From NCBI GenBank assembly GCA_021785435.1, contig JAJYFE010000003.1, positions 1-64,000 of the forward strand: a stretch of DNA of 64,000 nt, in the 5' to 3' direction. The translations under genes and the position numbers were made by a program. Below, one piece after another: positions 10,423 to 21,035 of the stretch (positions within the stretch are counted from its first letter, which is position 1; every line of letters starts with the position of its first letter). The notes beneath the pieces are model-generated. The model had not been told where the DNA came from. It saw only the letters and a program-made list of their open reading frames with translations, and did not search any database. The DNA comes from Planctomycetota bacterium. GTDB taxonomy: Bacteria > Planctomycetota > Phycisphaerae > WQYP01.

Positions 10423-11759
10423 GCCATACCCGGGAAATCAACTTTGATGGCATCGTGGGGCCGACGCACCATTACGCGGGTCTGGCCTGGGGGAATCTGG
10501 CCGCGCAGCGGAATCGGGGCCGACGCTCGAACCCGCGCCGGGCCGCGCTACAGGGGTTGGACAAGATGCGGCTGTTAATGGAGCTGGGCGTGGCCCAAGC
10601 CGTCCTGCCGCCGCACGAACGACCGTATTTGCCGCTGCTGCGGGCGCTGGGCTATCGCGGCTCCGAGGGGCGGATGCTCGACCAAGTCGCGCGGGAGGCG
10701 CCGGAACTGCTGGCCATTTGTTCCAGCGCGGCGGCGATGTGGGCGGCCAATGCCGCCACCGTGTCGCCTTCCGCGGATACCGCCGACGCCCTGGTGCATA
10801 TCACGCCGGCCAATCTCGTCGGCCAACCGCACCGCAGCATTGAAGCGCCCGTGACCACGCGCATCCTACGCCGCATTTTTCACGATCCGAAGCACTTTGT
10901 GGTGCACGATCCCATTCCCGCGGCGGTCGGCTGGCGCGATGAAGGGGCCGCCAATCATCTGCGTCTGACGCCACAACATCACCAGCGGGGATTGGAAATA
11001 TTTGTCTTTGATTCGGGTGAACCATTTCTCCAGCGGCCCTGGCTGCATCGCTTTCCCGCCCGGCAGAGTCTGGGCGCGTCGCTGGCCGTGCGGCTTCGCC
11101 ATCGGCTGGCGAAACGCGCCACACTGGCCGTACAGCGCAAGGCCCAGGGTATTGACGCCGGGGCGTTTCATAACGATCTCGTGGCGCTGGGCAACCAGGA
11201 CTTACTGCTGTATCACGCCGAGGCTTACGAGCCGCCGGTTATGCGGGATATCGCCCGGCAATATGGACGTCTGACCGGCGCTGAGCCGAGGCTCATCGCC
11301 ATTAACCCGGAGCGGCTTTCGTTGGCGGACGCGATCCAAAGCTATTTTTTTAACAGTCAGTTGGTAACTCTGCCCGACGGCGCCTTCGCTTTGATCGCCC
11401 CGATGGAATGTCGGGCCCATGCTGCGGTCAGGGGGCTGGTCGAGGAACTCACGCAGCGCGGCTTATGGCGCCAGGCGCATTTTGTGGAGGTCCGCCAAAG
11501 TATGCGCAATGGTGGGGGACCGGCGTGTCTGCGACTGCGCGTGGTGTTAGACGACGGGGAACTGGCGGCCATGCATCAGGGCGTGCGGCTGTCCGAGCGG
11601 TTGTATGAGCGCTTGCGGCGGTGGGTGCAGCACCATTATCGTGAAGCGTTGCACCCAGCGGACCTGGCCGATCCACAGCTGCTGCGTGAAACGCGGGTGG
11701 CGCTGGAGGAATTAACGCGGATTCTCGGCTTGGGACCGGTCTATGACTTTCAGCGCTGA
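10419..11759 (+). CDS. astB: N-succinylarginine dihydrolase
   Basis: MSHTREINFDGIVGPTHHYAGL...NPRRAALQGLDKMRLL...PHERP, hallmark AstB N-terminus; 446 aa. Confidence 0.88.
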   Translation: MSHTREINFDGIVGPTHHYAGLAWGNLAAQRNRGRRSNPRRAALQGLDKMRLLMELGVAQAVLPPHERPYLPLLRALGYRGSEGRMLDQVAREAPELLAICSSAAAMWAANAATVSPSADTADALVHITPANLVGQPHRSIEAPVTTRILRRIFHDPKHFVVHDPIPAAVGWRDEGAANHLRLTPQHHQRGLEIFVFDSGEPFLQRPWLHRFPARQSLGASLAVRLRHRLAKRATLAVQRKAQGIDAGAFHNDLVALGNQDLLLYHAEAYEPPVMRDIARQYGRLTGAEPRLIAINPERLSLADAIQSYFFNSQLVTLPDGAFALIAPMECRAHAAVRGLVEELTQRGLWRQAHFVEVRQSMRNGGGPACLRLRVVLDDGELAAMHQGVRLSERLYERLRRWVQHHYREALHPADLADPQLLRETRVALEELTRILGLGPVYDFQR

Positions 11760-12720
11760 CGAGGGCGTGACTCAGAAACGTTCGGCGCTGGCGCTGCTGT
11801 TCGGCGGGGCTGGCCTGATCGTCCTGTGGGAACTCCTGCTGTGCGTGGCGGTGCGGGGCTGGCTCCGCGGAACGGCGGTTGCGGTGGCGGGACATTTTGT
11901 CCGGGTCCACATGACGCCGCTGGCGTGGACCACTTATTTAGCCGTGCTCTGTGGTCTGCTGGGTTGGCTGGTCCCCACTTTCCGTCCGAGCCGCTGGCGC
12001 TATCGCCTGGTTCTCTGCTGGCTCTGGTCGGTGCCGGCCTGGTGTTATTTCGACTGGCTTAATTTCTATTTCATGCGCAACCCCGCCACCGGTCTGCATG
12101 CCTGGGAATATCAGGGTCTGCCGGCGAATCCGGTGGACCGATTCATCGGGTATCTCTTGGCTTTCGGCGCCATCGCCCCGGCCATGTTTCTGACCGCGGA
12201 AATCTGGTTGCGCCTGGGCCTGAACAAAATCCAAACCGCCGGCGTGTCCATTGGGCCGAAGGCGCGGACCCTTGGTGTCGCGGGCGGCGTGGTCTTTTTC
12301 CTGGCCCCGTTTTTCCTGCGCAGTCCCAGCGCCAATCTACTGATCTGGATGAGCCTGATTTTTCTTTTAGACCCGATCAATTTCCGCCTGGGGCGGCCGA
12401 GCATCGTTGGTGACTTGCGCAGTGGCCGCTGGGGCCGGATGCTGGCCTTGATGGCGGGGGGGCTGACCTGCGGCTTCCTGTGGGAGTTCTGGAATTATTG
12501 GGCGATCGCGAAATGGACTTACCATCTGCCATTTCTGGGCGTTTGGCAACACTGGCGCTATTTTCAGATGCCGGTCCTGGGTCTGGCCGGTTTTCCCGCC
12601 TTTGGCGTAGAAGTCTGGGTGATGTGGCAATTCAGTCTGGTGCTGTTGCATCCCATCGTGGAAGGGGAATGCCGCCGCGACGACGGCGGGGAACACCGAG
12701 ACTTTTTGGAATGCATCTGA
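11743..12720 (+). CDS. Polytopic membrane protein of unknown function
   Basis: 325-aa ORF, Trp-rich, several predicted TM segments; overlaps astB end by 17 bp. Confidence 0.5.
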   Translation: MTFSADEGVTQKRSALALLFGGAGLIVLWELLLCVAVRGWLRGTAVAVAGHFVRVHMTPLAWTTYLAVLCGLLGWLVPTFRPSRWRYRLVLCWLWSVPAWCYFDWLNFYFMRNPATGLHAWEYQGLPANPVDRFIGYLLAFGAIAPAMFLTAEIWLRLGLNKIQTAGVSIGPKARTLGVAGGVVFFLAPFFLRSPSANLLIWMSLIFLLDPINFRLGRPSIVGDLRSGRWGRMLALMAGGLTCGFLWEFWNYWAIAKWTYHLPFLGVWQHWRYFQMPVLGLAGFPAFGVEVWVMWQFSLVLLHPIVEGECRRDDGGEHRDFLECI

Positions 12721-12741
12721 CCGAGTGGCGAAACGCCTGGC

Positions 12742-13431
12742 TTAGCCCTTGTGCACCCAAATCCAACGGCGAGCGGTCGGGTCAAATTGTTGAATCCACG
12801 CCCCGACGGGAGCGAATTTAACCCGGAATTGAAAATAAATCGCACCGATCTGCGCCACCGTCGTATCCTGCTGCCGGGCCCGCAACTCATAAAGCCTTTT
12901 TCGCCAGCGATTGTCCGAGCGCACAAAGCGCGCGTCGGAGGGGAAGAGTTTTTTCCGCGCCACCATATAACCGGTATGCGCCTCGCCGGTCAGGTGGGCG
13001 GCCAGCAGTTGGTGGCAGCGATGGAAATCGGCCCGTAGATGTTCCAATATCACCGGCAGACGGGACGGAGCGACATCCGCAAAAATCACCGGTCCGCGCG
13101 GGTTTAGCCGGCCCCGGGGCGCCAGACGCAACGAGCCGGCACCCGGCGCGGATCCGGGGGAGGGATGCGGCGCTGAAGCCGGGTGCGTGGCGGCGGTAGC
13201 CTGGGCCTTGGCCGTACCGGCAATGAAGTCCATGTCATTTTGCGCTTGGCGTTGAATCACCAGGGTGAGCTTGCCGTTCAGATTGACGTTGACCTCCAAC
13301 GGTTTCGGCTGGCTGATCACCACCTCGCTATGGGTGCGGAGGCATCCGCCCACAGCAAGGAGGCCGCCCCAAAGCATACCGGTGCCGATTATTCGCAATC
13401 CATTCATCGCAGGTCCTCGCATTATTTCCAC
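12742..13431 (-). CDS. Putative lipoprotein (lipobox LAVGGC)
   Basis: N-terminal signal MNGLRIIGTGMLWGGLLAVGGC; no recognised domain. Confidence 0.45.
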   Translation of the reverse strand: MEIMRGPAMNGLRIIGTGMLWGGLLAVGGCLRTHSEVVISQPKPLEVNVNLNGKLTLVIQRQAQNDMDFIAGTAKAQATAATHPASAPHPSPGSAPGAGSLRLAPRGRLNPRGPVIFADVAPSRLPVILEHLRADFHRCHQLLAAHLTGEAHTGYMVARKKLFPSDARFVRSDNRWRKRLYELRARQQDTTVAQIGAIYFQFRVKFAPVGAWIQQFDPTARRWIWVHKG

Positions 13432-13455
13432 ATCCCATTTTAACCGAATTCCGGG

Positions 13456-14508
13456 TTAGCCGCCGGAGAAGCGGCGGGTCAGGGTGAGCAGCCGGCGCAG
13501 AGTCAGGTGCCGCACGGGTATCGTCAGGTTCACCCGGCGAAGATCGCCGGGTTTAAACAGAATTTTCTTACCGCCGAGTACGATGACCCGTGGCTTCAAA
13601 TGCAGCGGATTACCCGGTCCGCGCAGAAAAGCACATTTAAAGGTCATGGTGTCAGCGGCCAGTGAAACCCGCACCACCTCCCGAGTGAAGGGATAATCGT
13701 GCAGATCGTCGGCCATCGCATTGGCCAGCGGCTGGCCATAGGTGCCGGCCAAAACATTTCGCAGCAGCGGCACTTGGTGGAGTTGTAGAAATCCACCCGC
13801 CCGCCCAGTCAGTTTGATATTCCCGGTCACCCCACCACGCCAGTTGAAAGCCAGGTGCGCCTGGAGTGTTCCGATCCCGACCACATTGACGCGGCCAGGC
13901 GCCAATAAGGCGAAAAGCCGTTGCTGGGAAAAATGAGTTAACACGATGGTCGCGGCACCGCGCCGTGGGACCAGATCGAATTCACCCGTGACCCGCAGTT
14001 GTCCCGTTGCCCAATGCGCCGCACCGCGCGTGATCGTCAAGCGCTGATGACGCAATCGCCAGGCCAGCGCGCCCTGATGAACGACTTGTCGGCTGATTTT
14101 TAGCGATGCGAAGGTCAACGCACCGCGGCGTATGGTCAGGTGGGGTGGTTGGCCGGTGCGATGCCAAAAGGCGAGATCGCCATCCAAGGACAGGCGTGTG
14201 AAGGCGAACTGGCGCGGACTGGCGGCCGGCCAATCCACCGTCTTTGCGGCGATATGAAAATGTCCCTGGGCTGAGATAATTTGTTGTGGCCCCAGCGTTT
14301 TAATCGCGCCGGTGAAGATGATGGTCCCATCGCCAATATGCAACTTTTCCCTGGCCCATGGCAGCGGCGGCGGCAGAGCGCGGATGGCTGGGGCAGCGGC
14401 CGAGGCCACGGGGGTATTCAGGCCGGCGATCACGGCAGCGCCGGCCATAAAGCGAGCCGTCAGTTCGTGGACCATAGTGGGGCATGATACCAGAGGCGAA
14501 TTTGACAT
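13456..14508 (-). CDS. Hypothetical secreted or periplasmic protein
   Basis: 350-aa ORF with hydrophobic N-terminus; no recognisable motif. Confidence 0.45.
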   Translation of the reverse strand: MSNSPLVSCPTMVHELTARFMAGAAVIAGLNTPVASAAAPAIRALPPPLPWAREKLHIGDGTIIFTGAIKTLGPQQIISAQGHFHIAAKTVDWPAASPRQFAFTRLSLDGDLAFWHRTGQPPHLTIRRGALTFASLKISRQVVHQGALAWRLRHQRLTITRGAAHWATGQLRVTGEFDLVPRRGAATIVLTHFSQQRLFALLAPGRVNVVGIGTLQAHLAFNWRGGVTGNIKLTGRAGGFLQLHQVPLLRNVLAGTYGQPLANAMADDLHDYPFTREVVRVSLAADTMTFKCAFLRGPGNPLHLKPRVIVLGGKKILFKPGDLRRVNLTIPVRHLTLRRLLTLTRRFSGG

Positions 14509-14529
14509 GTGTCCCGGACAAGCCTAGTA

Positions 14530-14730
14530 TTCCTGCAAGTTGGCAATACCATCCGGGAGGCGCCGACGTAAGCGCCGCCAGGGAAGCCGGTGCGAAACCG
14601 GCGCGGGTCCGCCACTGTAAATGGGCTGGCAGGCTGCTGCAAAAGCCCCGTGGGAATGAGGACGCGGGATTTCGGCCGGAGCCGAGGCGTCCAGAGCGAG
14701 CCGTATTGAGCCAAATACGAGCGCGTCTGG
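14530..14730 (+). promoter_or_regulatory. Cobalamin (adenosylcobalamin) riboswitch upstream of cbiX
   Basis: GGGAAGCCGGTGCGAAACCGGCGCGGGTCCGCCACTGTAAATGGG contains the B12 box (GCCACTG) and conserved GGTG..GAAACCGG core; sits in the 5' leader of the cbi operon. Confidence 0.7.
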
Positions 14731-14870
14731 ACAACGCAGGCTTCGGCAGGAAGACTCGCCCGTATTCTGCGGGAGATTTACCGCAGCCGGCCCGGACGTT
14801 TCCAAAGCCACTCGGCTCCGCAAAGCCGGGGAAGGTGAAACGCCCGGGAGAAGAGTGATTTTTTCGGCCC

Positions 14871-15968
14871 ATGAGCCAGGATACCTGCCCGGATGGTTCG
14901 GCGATGTTACTCCTCGGAAATCAGGAGGATCATCCGGTGACCAGGACGCTTGATGTCGTCATCGTAGGCCATGGCAGCCCGGAACCGTTGGCGAATGAGC
15001 AATTTGAAAAGCTCACCGCCGCCTATCAAGAACGGCACGCGGACTGGGTTATTCATCATACCTACATTGAACTGGCCGAACCCCTCTTGGAACAGACGCT
15101 GCGGAAGGTCGCACAAAGCGGCGGCGAAACCGTGGTTTTACTCCCCTTGATTCTGCTGCGGGCCGGCCACATGAAGCATGACATTCCCGAAGGTCTCAGC
15201 AGGATCCGCGCGGCTTTCCCGCACCAGCGTTTCCTGGTCGCGGAGCCGCTGGACGTCGACGCACAGATGGTGGAAATCATTCGTCGGCGGGCCACGGAAT
15301 GTGGCGTGCCGGCGGGCCGGCCTTTTGTCAACGGCCAGGCGCCGGTGGGGCATGCCCCGCGGAACGAAAGCGTAGTGCGAAAGGCGGAAAACTCAAGTGG
15401 AATCGTAAGCACCGCGTTTCATTCCGATGGCGATCGGGATGAAACGGCGAGGCGGGCGGCAACGGCGGCCGGCGGGGTCCCGCCCGCCATTGCGAATGGG
15501 TCGAAACCGGGCCATCGGAAACCCATTTCGGACACAGCGGTCATTTTTGTAGGTCGTGGTTGCAGCGACGCCGACGCCAACAGCAATGTCTGCAAACTGG
15601 GGCGTCTGCTGGCGGAAGACTGCGGCGGGGTGCCGGTGTTTCCATGTTTCATCGGCGTGACGCGGCCCTCGCTGGAGGAAACGCTCCATCTGGCGGCGCT
15701 GACCCGTCCCCGGCACATGGCGATTATTCCATATTTTCTCTTCCATGGCGTGCTGGTGAAACGGATCCATGAACAGATCCGGCAATTCCGCGCGGCCCAT
15801 CCGGAATTTTCGATCCAGATCGCCCGCCACCTGGATGACGGACAAGGAAATTTATTCGACCTGATGAATAAACGTGTCGCGGCAGCACTGGTGGTCTCGG
15901 AGGGTGCCCATGGGCAGCTATCCTGTACCTTGGCCCCGGCGAAGGCGGAGGTGAGTTTCCCGATGTGA
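14871..15968 (+). CDS. cbiX: Sirohydrochlorin cobaltochelatase, long two-domain CbiX
   Basis: Two CbiX repeats: DVVIVGHGSPEP... and AVIFVGRGCSDADANSNV... Confidence 0.8.
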   Translation: MSQDTCPDGSAMLLLGNQEDHPVTRTLDVVIVGHGSPEPLANEQFEKLTAAYQERHADWVIHHTYIELAEPLLEQTLRKVAQSGGETVVLLPLILLRAGHMKHDIPEGLSRIRAAFPHQRFLVAEPLDVDAQMVEIIRRRATECGVPAGRPFVNGQAPVGHAPRNESVVRKAENSSGIVSTAFHSDGDRDETARRAATAAGGVPPAIANGSKPGHRKPISDTAVIFVGRGCSDADANSNVCKLGRLLAEDCGGVPVFPCFIGVTRPSLEETLHLAALTRPRHMAIIPYFLFHGVLVKRIHEQIRQFRAAHPEFSIQIARHLDDGQGNLFDLMNKRVAAALVVSEGAHGQLSCTLAPAKAEVSFPM

Positions 15969-16148
15969 GCGGTTTTCAAAAATATGGCCTCGTGTGGGAA
16001 ATTGAGACCTGCTCAAGCACCGGAATTTATCCTGATGGAAAGTCACCACCGCGCCTCCGCACGCGGATGGAGCTTTTAAGAGCCGCGGTACACCTAGTGC
16101 TCTGTTCCACCCCTCATTACAGATGGAACAAAGCCCTAGATCAGGGTT

Positions 16149-16898
16149 GTGACAGAGGGTTGCGAGATGGCGATAGCACGGCATGGGCGCGTGATCGAAA
16201 ACCAGGTGTTGAACGCCACCAGCCGGTTGCTGCGCGTGCAGCTGATAGAGGACGGGGGCCCCGAACTCCACGCGGGGCGATATATTATTGTGGATTCGGG
16301 GCGGCGTGCCCCCAACGGCAAAATCGTGAAAAGAGCCTATTCCCTAATATCCGTCGATGCTGGCCGCCGGCGGATGGAACTGGCCGTTAAAAGGATCGAT
16401 GGCGCGGGCGGCTCCGCCTACATGCACCAGCTGGCCGCCGGCGCGGAACTGACGTTCAGCGGGCCGTGGGGACGGTTTTTTGTGCCCCCGGAGTCCGCCT
16501 CGCAGCGGATGGATGTGGTCGTGACCGATACCGGGATTACCTGTGCTTTGGGATTGCTGGCCAGCCTGCCCGCCGGTGCGCCGCCCGCGGCGCTACGCTT
16601 GGTATGGCTGGCGGCGGGAAGAGATTACTTTCTGGAACCGGAATTCGTGGAGCGCCGGCTCCCGGCAGGCTTGGGCGGTTTTGAGTTCATTGCCTGTGAA
16701 TCCGTAGGCGATCCCCGGCGCCTCGCCGCGGCCCAACGGGCGCTGGATGGCCGAAGGGATCGGTCCGACCGCCTTTTTCTCGCCGGTGACGGCGCGGTGC
16801 TTGGGCCTCTGCGCGACACAGCGCGGAACCATGGCCTGCCGGAAGATCGCATTTATCTGGAGTGCTACTTTAATAATCCGGCAAAAAAAACGGCTTAG
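16149..16898 (+). CDS. Ferredoxin-NADP reductase-like FAD/NAD(P)-binding oxidoreductase in the cbi operon
   Basis: RAYSLIS (RxYS FAD motif) and VVVTDTGITCALG nucleotide-binding segment; possible start at 16167. Confidence 0.55.
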   Translation: MTEGCEMAIARHGRVIENQVLNATSRLLRVQLIEDGGPELHAGRYIIVDSGRRAPNGKIVKRAYSLISVDAGRRRMELAVKRIDGAGGSAYMHQLAAGAELTFSGPWGRFFVPPESASQRMDVVVTDTGITCALGLLASLPAGAPPAALRLVWLAAGRDYFLEPEFVERRLPAGLGGFEFIACESVGDPRRLAAAQRALDGRRDRSDRLFLAGDGAVLGPLRDTARNHGLPEDRIYLECYFNNPAKKTA

Positions 16899-17003
16899 CC
16901 GCCAAGGTCGCCACTCGCAGCTGCGGGTGGAAACCCGCGACCGTTTGACATTCGTCTCCCTGACGGCCGCAGGCCTGCGATCCCGTGGCTGCCGACTACA
17001 TCC

Positions 17004-18959
17004 TTGGCGGTTGGGTATGAAAGATGCGGGGTAAGAGCAAAAAAGAGACGGACTACGGATAACTACGAAACCAAACTTCCCCGGCAGCGATGGCATGAGG
17101 GCTTCACCACGGGCGCCTGCGCCGCTGCCGCGGCCAAAGCGGGCGCCCGCGTGCTGGTGCGCAACGTTACCCTGGCCGAAATTGCAACCACCCTGCCGAA
17201 TAAACGCCAGGTCGTGTTCGCCCTGAAACGCTGCCAGCGCGACGGCCCCCGGGCGCTGTGCAGTGTCGTGAAGGATGCCGGCGACGATCCCGACTGCACG
17301 CATGGCGCGGAACTGGTGGCCCACGTGGAGATGAAAACCGAACCGGGCGTGGTACTCCGCGGCGGGCCGGGCGTAGCCACAGTCACCAAACCGGGGCTGG
17401 GGCTGGAAGTCGGCGGGCCGGCCATTAATCCCGTCCCCCGCCGCAATATCACGGAAATGGTGTTGGAAGAACTCGCCGGCAGTCCCTACCGCGGCGCCCT
17501 CGTGACGATCGAGGTTCCCGGCGGAGAAGCCCTGGCTAAGAAAACGCTCAACGCCCGTCTCGGGTTACTGGGCGGTATTTCAATCCTCGGCACCACGGGA
17601 ATCGTCAAGCCATATTCCACCGCTTCCTGGAAGGCCAGCGTCATTCAGGCGATTGATGTGGCGGCGTATCGGGGCGCCCAGGCGCTGGTGTTTACCACGG
17701 GGGGACGTTCCGAGCAGGCGGGGATGAAGTTGTTCCCCGACCTGGCCGAGGAGCGATTCATTCAGATGGGCGATTTTGTCGGCATCGCCTTTCGTCACGC
17801 GGCGGCGAAAAACATCCCCCGGGCCATCCTGGTGGCGATGATGGGCAAACTGTCCAAGATCGCCGCGGGAATCACCTACACTCATGCCCGCCAGGGCGAA
17901 GTCGATATGCATTTTCTGGCCGGACTGGCGGCGGAGCTGGGCGGATCGGAATCGCTGCAACGGGAAATCCGCCAGGCCAACACCGCCCGGCAGGTACTGG
18001 ACCTGGCCCGCACGTACGGCCTCTGGCAATTGCCTGATGCGCTCTGCCGCCACGCCGCGGAAAAGCTCCGGCATCATGTAGAGCGGCGTCTGGCGGTGGA
18101 AGTGTGTCTGGTTGATTTCGACGGCGCCCCGCTGGGGAGATATCCAGCGCTCGGCGCTCAGCCGGCACCGGAAGTCGCAGCCGGATCGCTGAAAGTTGAT
18201 AGCGGACGGTCGAAGGCCGACTGCCAACTATTCGAGGTTAAAGGAGGTGCGAATATGGAACCCGCGGTGCTCCATGATATGCGTCAGATGACCGGTCGGG
18301 GCCGGGCCATCGAGGATGAAAGTTTCAGCATCATCGACCGCGAAGCTGGCCCGCATTGTTTCCCACCCGATCAATGGGAGGTGGTACGCCGGGTGATTCA
18401 TTCCACGGCGGATTTCGAATTCCTCCAATTGCTCGCTTTCCATCCCGACGCCATTCGCGCCGGCGTAACCGCCCTGCGCCGCGGCTGCCCGATTTTAATC
18501 GATGTTAAAATGATTGCCGTGGGTTTGAATGAAGAGCGCCTGGCGGCCTACGGCTGCCGAATTTACCAGTATATTTCCGATGCGGAGGTCATGGCCGCCG
18601 CGCAACGCGAAAATTCCACCCGGGCCATCGAAGCGATGCGGAAAGCCCATCGGGAAAAGCAACTCGATGGCGCCATCGTAGCCATCGGCAACGCCCCCAC
18701 CGCTCTGCTGGAAGTGGTGCGGCTGGTGAAGGAAGAAGCGGCCCGGCCGGCGCTGATCATCGGGGTGCCGGTGGGATTCGTTTCCGCGCCGGAATCCAAG
18801 CAAGCCGTGGCCAGCCAGCCGACCGTCCCGTGGATCGTATCCCGCGGCCGCAAAGGCGGCAGTCCCATCGCGGTGGCGATTATACATGCGTTGCTGCGGT
18901 TGTCGGTGGAGCCAGCCGTCAGCAAGCCACGATCCACGCTCCGTCAGGCTGTTTCCTGA
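17004..18959 (+). CDS. cbiD-cbiC: Fused cobalt-precorrin-5B C1-methyltransferase (CbiD) and precorrin-8X methylmutase (CbiC)
   Basis: N-terminus GFTTGACAAAAAKA is CbiD; C-terminus (HSTADFEF...AIGNAPTAL) is CbiC/CobH; start codon uncertain (TTG at 17004 in ORF track). Confidence 0.8.
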   Translation: MAVGYERCGVRAKKRRTTDNYETKLPRQRWHEGFTTGACAAAAAKAGARVLVRNVTLAEIATTLPNKRQVVFALKRCQRDGPRALCSVVKDAGDDPDCTHGAELVAHVEMKTEPGVVLRGGPGVATVTKPGLGLEVGGPAINPVPRRNITEMVLEELAGSPYRGALVTIEVPGGEALAKKTLNARLGLLGGISILGTTGIVKPYSTASWKASVIQAIDVAAYRGAQALVFTTGGRSEQAGMKLFPDLAEERFIQMGDFVGIAFRHAAAKNIPRAILVAMMGKLSKIAAGITYTHARQGEVDMHFLAGLAAELGGSESLQREIRQANTARQVLDLARTYGLWQLPDALCRHAAEKLRHHVERRLAVEVCLVDFDGAPLGRYPALGAQPAPEVAAGSLKVDSGRSKADCQLFEVKGGANMEPAVLHDMRQMTGRGRAIEDESFSIIDREAGPHCFPPDQWEVVRRVIHSTADFEFLQLLAFHPDAIRAGVTALRRGCPILIDVKMIAVGLNEERLAAYGCRIYQYISDAEVMAAAQRENSTRAIEAMRKAHREKQLDGAIVAIGNAPTALLEVVRLVKEEAARPALIIGVPVGFVSAPESKQAVASQPTVPWIVSRGRKGGSPIAVAIIHALLRLSVEPAVSKPRSTLRQAVS

Positions 18960-18981
18960 CCGCTTCATTGGACCGCCGGTT

Positions 18982-20211
18982 ATGAAAAAAGCTTTAACCA
19001 TCATCGGCATCGGTGACGACGGCTGCCGGAGTTTGACCAGCCGGGCGATGAACGCAGTGGCGCAGGCGCAGGTGCTGATCGGCGGTCAACGGCACCTGGC
19101 GTTTTTTCCGGAATTTTCCGGGCGGCGGCTGGCCCTGCAAAACGGCATCGGCGAGGTGATCCGGCAATTGCCCCAACTGTGCGCTGAACAAAATGTCTGC
19201 GTGCTGGCCTCGGGTGATCCGCTGTTCTTCGGCGTGGGCAGTCTGGTGCTCAAGGCCGTCGGCCCCGAGCATGTGGATATTGTGCCGCACGTCAGTTCGA
19301 TGCAATGGGCGTTTGCCCGCATCGGCCAGAAATGGGATGACGCGGCCTGGATTTCCGTGCACGGCCGCAGCCGCGAAGGATTCGTCACTCGGCTGCATCG
19401 CCTGCGCAAAGTGGCGTACCTGACGGACGCGGAGAATTCGCCGTCGGTCTTGGCCGGGGAAATGCTGCGGCTGGGCCAAACCGGCTGGCGGGCCTGGGTG
19501 TGCGAAAACCTCGGAGGCCCGGACGAGCGGATCCGGGAATTCACGCTGGCCGCGCTGGCCGCCTGCCGTGATATTGGAGCTTTGAATATCCTGATTCTGC
19601 AGCGCACCGATCCGGATTGGCGGTCTCCGCCGGCGTTGGCGTTTATTCACGAAGACGATTTCGCCAAACGGATGCCGAAAAAAGGACTGATCACCAAGCG
19701 GGAAGTCCGCACTCTGGCGCTGGGAGCGTTGCGCTTGCGGCCCGACAGCGTGCTCTGGGACATCGGGGCCGGGTCCGGATCGGTTTCCATTGAAGCGGCG
19801 TGGTTGGCATACGAAGGCCGCGTGTACGCCGTGGAGGTGGATCCGGAAGGGGTGGAGATCTGCCACGAAAACATCCGGGCGTACGGTGTGGACAACGTGC
19901 GGGTGATCGCGGGGCGGGCGCCGGAGGCGCTGGCCGCACTGGAGGCCCCGGAGGCGGTTTTTATCGGCGGCAGCCAAGGATCGATGCGGGAAATCCTGGC
20001 GGTGTGTCTGGAGCGCCTGCGGCCCGGCGGACGGCTGGTCAGCACCGCCATTACGCTGGAAAACGTCGGCGAAACCTACCGCGCCTTGCGCGAACGGGGG
20101 TTGACGCCGGAAGTGCTGCTGGTGAACGTCTCCCGCGGCGCTCCGCTGGCGAAGTACGTGCGTTACGAGGCGCTTAATCCGGTGCATATTTTTACGATTG
20201 AGAGGCCATGA
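18982..20211 (+). CDS. cbiET: Precorrin-6Y C5,15-methyltransferase (decarboxylating), fused CbiE/CbiT
   Basis: MKKALTIIGIGDDG... tetrapyrrole methylase domain followed by a SAM MTase (WDIGAGSGSVSIE). Confidence 0.85.
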   Translation: MKKALTIIGIGDDGCRSLTSRAMNAVAQAQVLIGGQRHLAFFPEFSGRRLALQNGIGEVIRQLPQLCAEQNVCVLASGDPLFFGVGSLVLKAVGPEHVDIVPHVSSMQWAFARIGQKWDDAAWISVHGRSREGFVTRLHRLRKVAYLTDAENSPSVLAGEMLRLGQTGWRAWVCENLGGPDERIREFTLAALAACRDIGALNILILQRTDPDWRSPPALAFIHEDDFAKRMPKKGLITKREVRTLALGALRLRPDSVLWDIGAGSGSVSIEAAWLAYEGRVYAVEVDPEGVEICHENIRAYGVDNVRVIAGRAPEALAALEAPEAVFIGGSQGSMREILAVCLERLRPGGRLVSTAITLENVGETYRALRERGLTPEVLLVNVSRGAPLAKYVRYEALNPVHIFTIERP

Positions 20212-21014
20212 AATACGGAAAACTCTATGGCGTAGGCGTCGGGCCGGGGGCCTGCGACCTGATGACGCTGCGCGCGGTGCGGGTGCTGCGGGAAGTCCCG
20301 GTGATCGCGATTCCCCAACGTTCCCGCTGGGATGAATCGGTGGCGTGGCGCATCGCCGCCGCCCCGGTGGGCGCCGTCGCGGGCCAGGAACGCCTGTTTC
20401 TGACGTTTCCCATGACCAAGAATCCGCAGCGCATCGCGCCGGCCTGGGATGCGGCGTTTACGCAAATCGGCCAGCGCCTGGAGGCGGGTAAATCGGTGGC
20501 CTTCATCGCCGAAGGAGATCCGCTGTTTTACAGCACGTTTATCTACCTGCATCAACAGGCCCCCACGCGCTGGCCGGGCATTGAGATTGAGATTGTGCCG
20601 GGGGTCTCATCCATTTCGGCGGTGGCCGCGGTAACCAGCGATCCCATCGCCGACGGCCAGGAGCGCGTGGCGATCATTCCGGCCAGTTACGGCCTGGAGG
20701 ATTTACCGGACATCCTGGAGCGCTTCGACACGGTGCTGCTGCTGAAGGTCAGTTCGGTGATGCCGCGGGTCGTGGCCGCTTTGGAAAAAGCGGACCTGAT
20801 CGATCGTGCCGTTTACGTATCCAAAGCGACGATGGCCGATCAGAAAATTGTTGCCGACCTGCGGAGCATTCGTAACGACCGCTGCGACTATTTTTCGATG
20901 GTGGTGGTGTCGCGCAAACATCGCAACGGCGTACTGGCCGGCCGCGGGCGAGCCGCAGTCGGCGCTCCGCGGAAAGCGGACCGGGATAGCGCGCTGCTGA
21001 CTGCGGAACGCTGA
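20208..21014 (+). CDS. cbiL: Cobalt-precorrin-2 C20-methyltransferase
   Basis: MKYGKLYGVGVGPGACDLMTLRAVRVL..., tetrapyrrole methylase. Confidence 0.85.
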   Translation: MKYGKLYGVGVGPGACDLMTLRAVRVLREVPVIAIPQRSRWDESVAWRIAAAPVGAVAGQERLFLTFPMTKNPQRIAPAWDAAFTQIGQRLEAGKSVAFIAEGDPLFYSTFIYLHQQAPTRWPGIEIEIVPGVSSISAVAAVTSDPIADGQERVAIIPASYGLEDLPDILERFDTVLLLKVSSVMPRVVAALEKADLIDRAVYVSKATMADQKIVADLRSIRNDRCDYFSMVVVSRKHRNGVLAGRGRAAVGAPRKADRDSALLTAER

Positions 21015-21035
21015 ATCCGAACTATCAGGTGCGGG

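Noticed and set aside
14300-14872. 190-aa minus-strand ORF upstream of cbiX
   Set aside because: It overlaps the cobalamin riboswitch and cbi leader and is composition-driven.
18994-20187. 397-aa minus-strand ORF
   Set aside because: It is antisense to cbiET. A long open frame is expected by chance in ~65% GC DNA.
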